From positions 2,080,001 through 2,144,000 of the forward strand of contig CBDFMQ010000002.1 in NCBI GenBank assembly GCA_965249725.1: a stretch of 64,000 nt of DNA, read 5' to 3'. Made by a program: the position numbers and the translations under genes. Below, piece after piece: positions 59,967 to 64,000 of the stretch. Under the pieces are notes generated by a model. That model had not been told where the DNA came from, searched no databases, and was given only the letters and a program-made list of their open reading frames with translations. The DNA comes from Longimicrobiales bacterium. Its GTDB lineage: Bacteria > Gemmatimonadota > Gemmatimonadetes > Longimicrobiales > Gaopeijiaceae. The first letter of the stretch is position 1. Each line of letters opens with the position of its first letter.

Positions 59967-60866
59967 CTACAAGTACCCGTCGTAGTACTCCCCGAGGTAC
60001 TCCCGCAGGGCGATCCTCCAGTCACGCATCTTGTTCAGGTTTCGCAGGGTCAGCTTCTTGTTCACCAACCGTTCGGAGGCCGGGCGTTCCGCAAAGTACT
60101 CCTTCTTGAAATGATCGGAGTCCACCTCGAGGATGGCCACGTCGTCCTTCAGGCCGAGTAGCCCGATGAGCTCCCTCGCCACCTCGAGTCGTGACGTCAT
60201 GCCCTCACAGACGACGTTGTACAGCCCCCAAAGCTCCTCCTCCAGGAGCCTGCCCACGTGACGCACGAAGTCGTGCGTATACGTAGGCGTGCCGAACTTG
60301 TCGTTGACGACGTGGAGGGTCTTCTTCCCGTCTTTGAGCTGCCGCATGATCTTGTGCACGAACTTCTTGTCCTTGCGTGGGCCCCCACCCATCATCCAGC
60401 CGGCACGACACACGAGATACCGGTCGGCGTTCTCGACTACGTAGCGCTCTCCCATGTACTTTGAGCGGGCATAGTGTCCGATCGGATTGGGAGTATCCCA
60501 GTCATCGTACGTGCCTTTCTGGCCATCGAAGATCCCGGCCGTGCTGACATAGACGACGGGGATGCTCAGAGCGTTGGCAAGGAGAACGCCGTTCTCGACC
60601 GCCATCGTATTGGTCGCATACGTGTCCTCGACGTGGAGCTCACAATACTCGAGATCCGTGTACGCGCCCACGTGGAACAGATAGTCCGGCCCGAACGATT
60701 CGACGGCGTGACGATATGCGTCGAAATCCCTGAAATCGAGTGGGCTGAGCCACTCCTCATTGACATCGATATCGGAGCACTCCAGTTCGTACGCGCCACT
60801 GAAGTGCTTGTAGAACGCCTCTCCGAGCATGCCACCGCACCCGGCAATGTAGATCCTCTTTTTCAT
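59967..60866 (-). CDS. RmlD-like sugar-nucleotide reductase
   Basis: AGCGGMLG, STAGIFDG, YARSK, GTPTY. Confidence 0.85.
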   Translation of the reverse strand: MKKRIYIAGCGGMLGEAFYKHFSGAYELECSDIDVNEEWLSPLDFRDFDAYRHAVESFGPDYLFHVGAYTDLEYCELHVEDTYATNTMAVENGVLLANALSIPVVYVSTAGIFDGQKGTYDDWDTPNPIGHYARSKYMGERYVVENADRYLVCRAGWMMGGGPRKDKKFVHKIMRQLKDGKKTLHVVNDKFGTPTYTHDFVRHVGRLLEEELWGLYNVVCEGMTSRLEVARELIGLLGLKDDVAILEVDSDHFKKEYFAERPASERLVNKKLTLRNLNKMRDWRIALREYLGEYYDGYL

Positions 60867-61250
60867 TCTTCCTGGCTCACGTGCGGGGCTAGGTCGACAC
60901 CGTTGGGGGTACCATCCGAAGGAAGCCGAGGGAGGCCCTCCCGCGTGAATACGGTCGACCGTTTGTGGGCGTTTGGATACGCTCAGTCGGCGGCCTGGTG
61001 CTCTGTCACGCACGTGGCCGTCGACGTTCGGCGACAAGGTGCGTACATGGCGTGTGGGCGGCAAGCAGGGGGTCCGTACCCGATGTGACGCCTTCCTTGC
61101 GTTCCTACGCTCAAAGCCCAACTGTAGCCTCAAAACCCCCAAGGACAAGGCTCGCCGACCCCTCGGGACCACACGGAACGCCGTTGGATGGGCCTCTGCC
61201 CGACCACCGGTGCACTCCAACGCTCGAGTTGGCCGCCGTGGAGGTACATC

Positions 61251-61574
61251 ATGAGCGTTTTTGGGACCAAAGGAGTGACCTACTCGGCGGACAGCGGGGA
61301 GTTCTCCTGCCAGCACTGTGGAGTGCAGCGAAGGTATTCCACGAAGCGCGTACGGAAGTACTTCACACTGTTCTCGGTTCCTGTGATTCCGCTGAGTACG
61401 GTCGCCGAGTACGTTCAGTGCAGCGCGTGTAAGGGCACCTGGAGGGACGACGTGCCCCGTGATGGGGAAGTCACGAGCGTCAAATCCGAGAAGTCGGTCA
61501 AATCCGAGAAGTCGGTCAAGTCCGAGAAGTCGGTCAAGCGACGCAAACGGCCCAAGGCGGGAAGATCCGACTAG
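61251..61574 (+). CDS. Zinc-ribbon domain protein with Lys/Ser-rich tail
   Basis: GGAGG RBS; CQHC...YFTLFSVPVIPL...CSAC. Confidence 0.75.
   Translation: MSVFGTKGVTYSADSGEFSCQHCGVQRRYSTKRVRKYFTLFSVPVIPLSTVAEYVQCSACKGTWRDDVPRDGEVTSVKSEKSVKSEKSVKSEKSVKRRKRPKAGRSD
61479..61538 (+). repeat. 18-bp coding tandem repeat x3.3 (VKSEKS)
   Basis: GTCAA(A/G)TCCGAGAAGTCG units. Confidence 0.9.
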
Positions 61575-61668
61575 CGGTAGGCTCGGGGCCCGGCCCCACG
61601 GTCATGTCAGAGTGCTGCCGCCCGGGGTCGGCGCGATCGTCCCTAGGGTTACCTCGCTCTTTGAGAAA

Positions 61669-63279
61669 TCAGCCCTTCCCGTCCCTCAGGATCTCGCGCG
61701 CCGCGTTGTACCCGGGGTATCCGGTGACCCCGCCTCCCGGATGCGTCCCCGCCCCGCACAGGTAGAGCCCGGCCAGGTCGGTCCGGTAGCGAGCGGACCC
61801 CGGCACCGGACGCATGAAGAGCAGTTGATCCAGCGTATGCTCTCCGTGATTGATGTTCCCTTCCGGGAGCCCGTACGTCTCCTCCAGATCCAACGGAGTA
61901 AGCACCTGCCGGTGGAGGATGGTGTCGTCGAGGTTGGGCGCATACTCGCCCAGCGTCGCCACGATCGTATCGCCCAGCCGATCCCTGGCCGCGGCGTCCC
62001 ACTCGCCTGCCGTGAGCCGATAGGGCGCGTACTGCGCCACGATCGACATGACGTGGGTGTCCGGCTCGGCCAGACCCGGATCGGTGACCGAAGGGATGGA
62101 CACCTCCAGCGTCGGGCGACTCGACGGCGCTCCGTACTTGGCGTCGTCGAACGCCCGCTCGACGTACTCGAGACTGGGGCTGATCGAGATCACACCGTTC
62201 AGGTGCGCCGCCCCCTCGGAAACACCCGTGAAGCGCGGCAACTCCCGAAGGGCTAGATGCACCTTGGCGCAGGCGCCCCGGAACCGGATGTTCTTCACCT
62301 TGCGCACCAACTCCGGATCGAAGTGGGTCGGTCCCACGAGATCGAAGAAGGTCGTGCGCGGGTCGACGTTCGAGATGACCCGGGACGACGAGAATTCCTC
62401 GCCGCTCGACAGAGCCACGCCGGTAGCCCTACCGTCCTTCACGAGCACTCGACCGACGGGTTGATTCGTCCGGATTTCGACCCGATGCTCCCGGGCCGCC
62501 GCCCCCAACGCATTGGCCAACGCACCCACGCCACCGCGGACCCGAGTAGTGGGCCGGAGCACGCCACGGGCGGCCCCGACCTGCTGGTGAAGCAGGTTGT
62601 AGACAGTCCCGGCGGCCATCGGCCCCTGCATCAACCCCGAGACGCCGGCGGCGGCGAGGGCTCCCTTGAGGATGTCGCTCTCGAACCAATCCCCCAACAA
62701 CTCGGATACCGCCATCGGGAGAATGCGCACGACCTCGACCATGTCCTTCTTCCCGAGCCGGCGGAGCTTGGCACCCAGCTTCACAACGGACCAAAGGTCT
62801 CTCGGGTCGTTGCCGGCGACGTTGGGAGGAGTGGCGGACCAGGCGGACTGCACGATTGCCGCCGCCTTCCCGATCAAATCCGTAAAGGGGACCCAGGCGT
62901 CAGCGTCCGGCGGCGAGATCTCGCGCAGCGCCTCCGCAGTCCGTTCGGGGTCCCGCCAAAGCTGCAGATGGCGCCCGTCTGAACAAGGAGCGAACACGGC
63001 AGGGTCGGCCCTGAGCAGTTCGAGGCCGTGACGGTGCAGATTCAGGTCGGAGACGATCGCCGGATGAAGCCCGCCGATGCGGTGCGCCGCGGTGTCGAAC
63101 TTGAAGCCCGGGAAGACCTGCTCGGTGACCGCGGCTCCTCCGATGACCTCGCGTCGCTCCAGGACCAGCACCCTCATTCCGGCCCGGCCGAGATAGGCCG
63201 CGGTGACGAGTCCGTTGTGACCGGCACCGACGATGATGGCGTCGTAGGGCTGGTTCGTGCCGCCGGAGGGCCGGGTCAT
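61669..63279 (-). CDS. Phytoene desaturase-like FAD-dependent oxidoreductase
   Basis: GAGHNGL, LERR..IGGA, GAGTHPGGGVTG.PG.NAA; ATG overlaps the upstream TGA. Confidence 0.9.
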   Translation of the reverse strand: MTRPSGGTNQPYDAIIVGAGHNGLVTAAYLGRAGMRVLVLERREVIGGAAVTEQVFPGFKFDTAAHRIGGLHPAIVSDLNLHRHGLELLRADPAVFAPCSDGRHLQLWRDPERTAEALREISPPDADAWVPFTDLIGKAAAIVQSAWSATPPNVAGNDPRDLWSVVKLGAKLRRLGKKDMVEVVRILPMAVSELLGDWFESDILKGALAAAGVSGLMQGPMAAGTVYNLLHQQVGAARGVLRPTTRVRGGVGALANALGAAAREHRVEIRTNQPVGRVLVKDGRATGVALSSGEEFSSSRVISNVDPRTTFFDLVGPTHFDPELVRKVKNIRFRGACAKVHLALRELPRFTGVSEGAAHLNGVISISPSLEYVERAFDDAKYGAPSSRPTLEVSIPSVTDPGLAEPDTHVMSIVAQYAPYRLTAGEWDAAARDRLGDTIVATLGEYAPNLDDTILHRQVLTPLDLEETYGLPEGNINHGEHTLDQLLFMRPVPGSARYRTDLAGLYLCGAGTHPGGGVTGYPGYNAAREILRDGKG

Positions 63280-64000
63280 CGCGGCGACTCCCCGAGGATC
63301 TTGAGAGCGGCCAGCCGTCCGGACGCGCCCGTGATGCCTCCCCCGGGATGAGTCCCCGACCCACACTGGTAGTAGTTCCGGACCGGCGTGGTGAAGTCGG
63401 CCCAGCCGACGGCAGGACGCATCGAGAAGAGCTGATGCAGGGTCAGTTCGCCATGGAAGATGTTGCCCTGGGTGAGGCCCATATCGCGCTCGATATCCCA
63501 CGGGGTCAGCACCTGTCGGTGCAAAATCGCTCCGGGGAGGTTCGGTGCGTACTGGGCCAGCGTATCGATGACGGCGTCCCCGAAAGCCTCCCGCTTGGTC
63601 ACGTCCCAGCCTCCGTCCAGATCCGACGGGGCATACTGGACGAAGATCGACATGACGTGCTTTCCGGGGGGAGCCATGCCTGGATCGATCATGGACGGCA
63701 GGATGATGTCCATGTAGGGCCGCTTCGAGAATCCTCCGTACTTGGCGTCATCGTAGGCGCGTTCCAGGTAGTCCACGCTGGGACTGATGGAGATGGCTCC
63801 TCGCAGGTGTGGTCCGAAGCCCGGCAGGCTCGTGAAGTCGGGCAGCTCGCCCAGGGCAAGGTTCACCTTGCCTGACGAACCCCGGATCTTGAAGCGCTGG
63901 ATCGCCTCGACGAAGTCGTCCGGAAGGTCCTTCTCTTCGACCATCTGTAAAAAAGTCCGCTTGGGGTCCAGGGCCGAGACCACCACGGGCGCCCGGATCT
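63276..64000 (-). CDS. Phytoene desaturase-like FAD-dependent oxidoreductase (5' end outside the window)
   Basis: YLERAYDDAKYG, GNIFHGEL, GSGTHPGGG; paralog of the downstream gene. Confidence 0.9.
   Translation of the reverse strand, partial: IRAPVVVSALDPKRTFLQMVEEKDLPDDFVEAIQRFKIRGSSGKVNLALGELPDFTSLPGFGPHLRGAISISPSVDYLERAYDDAKYGGFSKRPYMDIILPSMIDPGMAPPGKHVMSIFVQYAPSDLDGGWDVTKREAFGDAVIDTLAQYAPNLPGAILHRQVLTPWDIERDMGLTQGNIFHGELTLHQLFSMRPAVGWADFTTPVRNYYQCGSGTHPGGGITGASGRLAALKILGESPR

Noticed and set aside
61669..64000. Carotenoid biosynthesis (crtI) cluster
   Set aside because: Motifs fit the broad tandem phytoene-desaturase-like oxidoreductase family; no crtB or crtE in view.

Overview
High-GC bacterial chromosomal DNA. 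The paired padR and duplicated-permease genes and the many secreted peptidases suggest Gemmatimonadota or Acidobacteriota (inference only). From left to right: a moxR-DUF58-Bat/VWA operon; two padR + duplicated ABC-permease (ADOP-type) pairs; a K+ channel; large secreted or outer-membrane hypotheticals; peptidases and an amino-acid uptake module; a heavy-metal island (27.8-31.5 kb); a sigma-54 two-component system; a di-heme/Rieske/porin operon; ppk2; several oxidoreductases; rmlBACD with polysaccharide genes; and two phytoene-desaturase-like genes. The strongest finding is missed by the ORF track. A secreted heavy-metal-associated (HMA/MerP-like) protein starts at 29582 and its metal-binding motif reads GMD-TGA-SV-C, i.e. 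a predicted selenocysteine UxxC, with a SECIS-like hairpin right after the TGA. It lies in an operon behind a ZntR/MerR-type promoter with a small CPxCxxCP protein, a MerT-like transporter, a beta-barrel and a MerR regulator. A second operon (di-heme protein, Tat Rieske protein, porin) has tandem DtxR/MntR-type boxes over its promoter. The window also holds many deletion scars and gene remnants and two single-base frameshifts. No rRNA, tRNA, CRISPR array, integrase or transposase was recognised.
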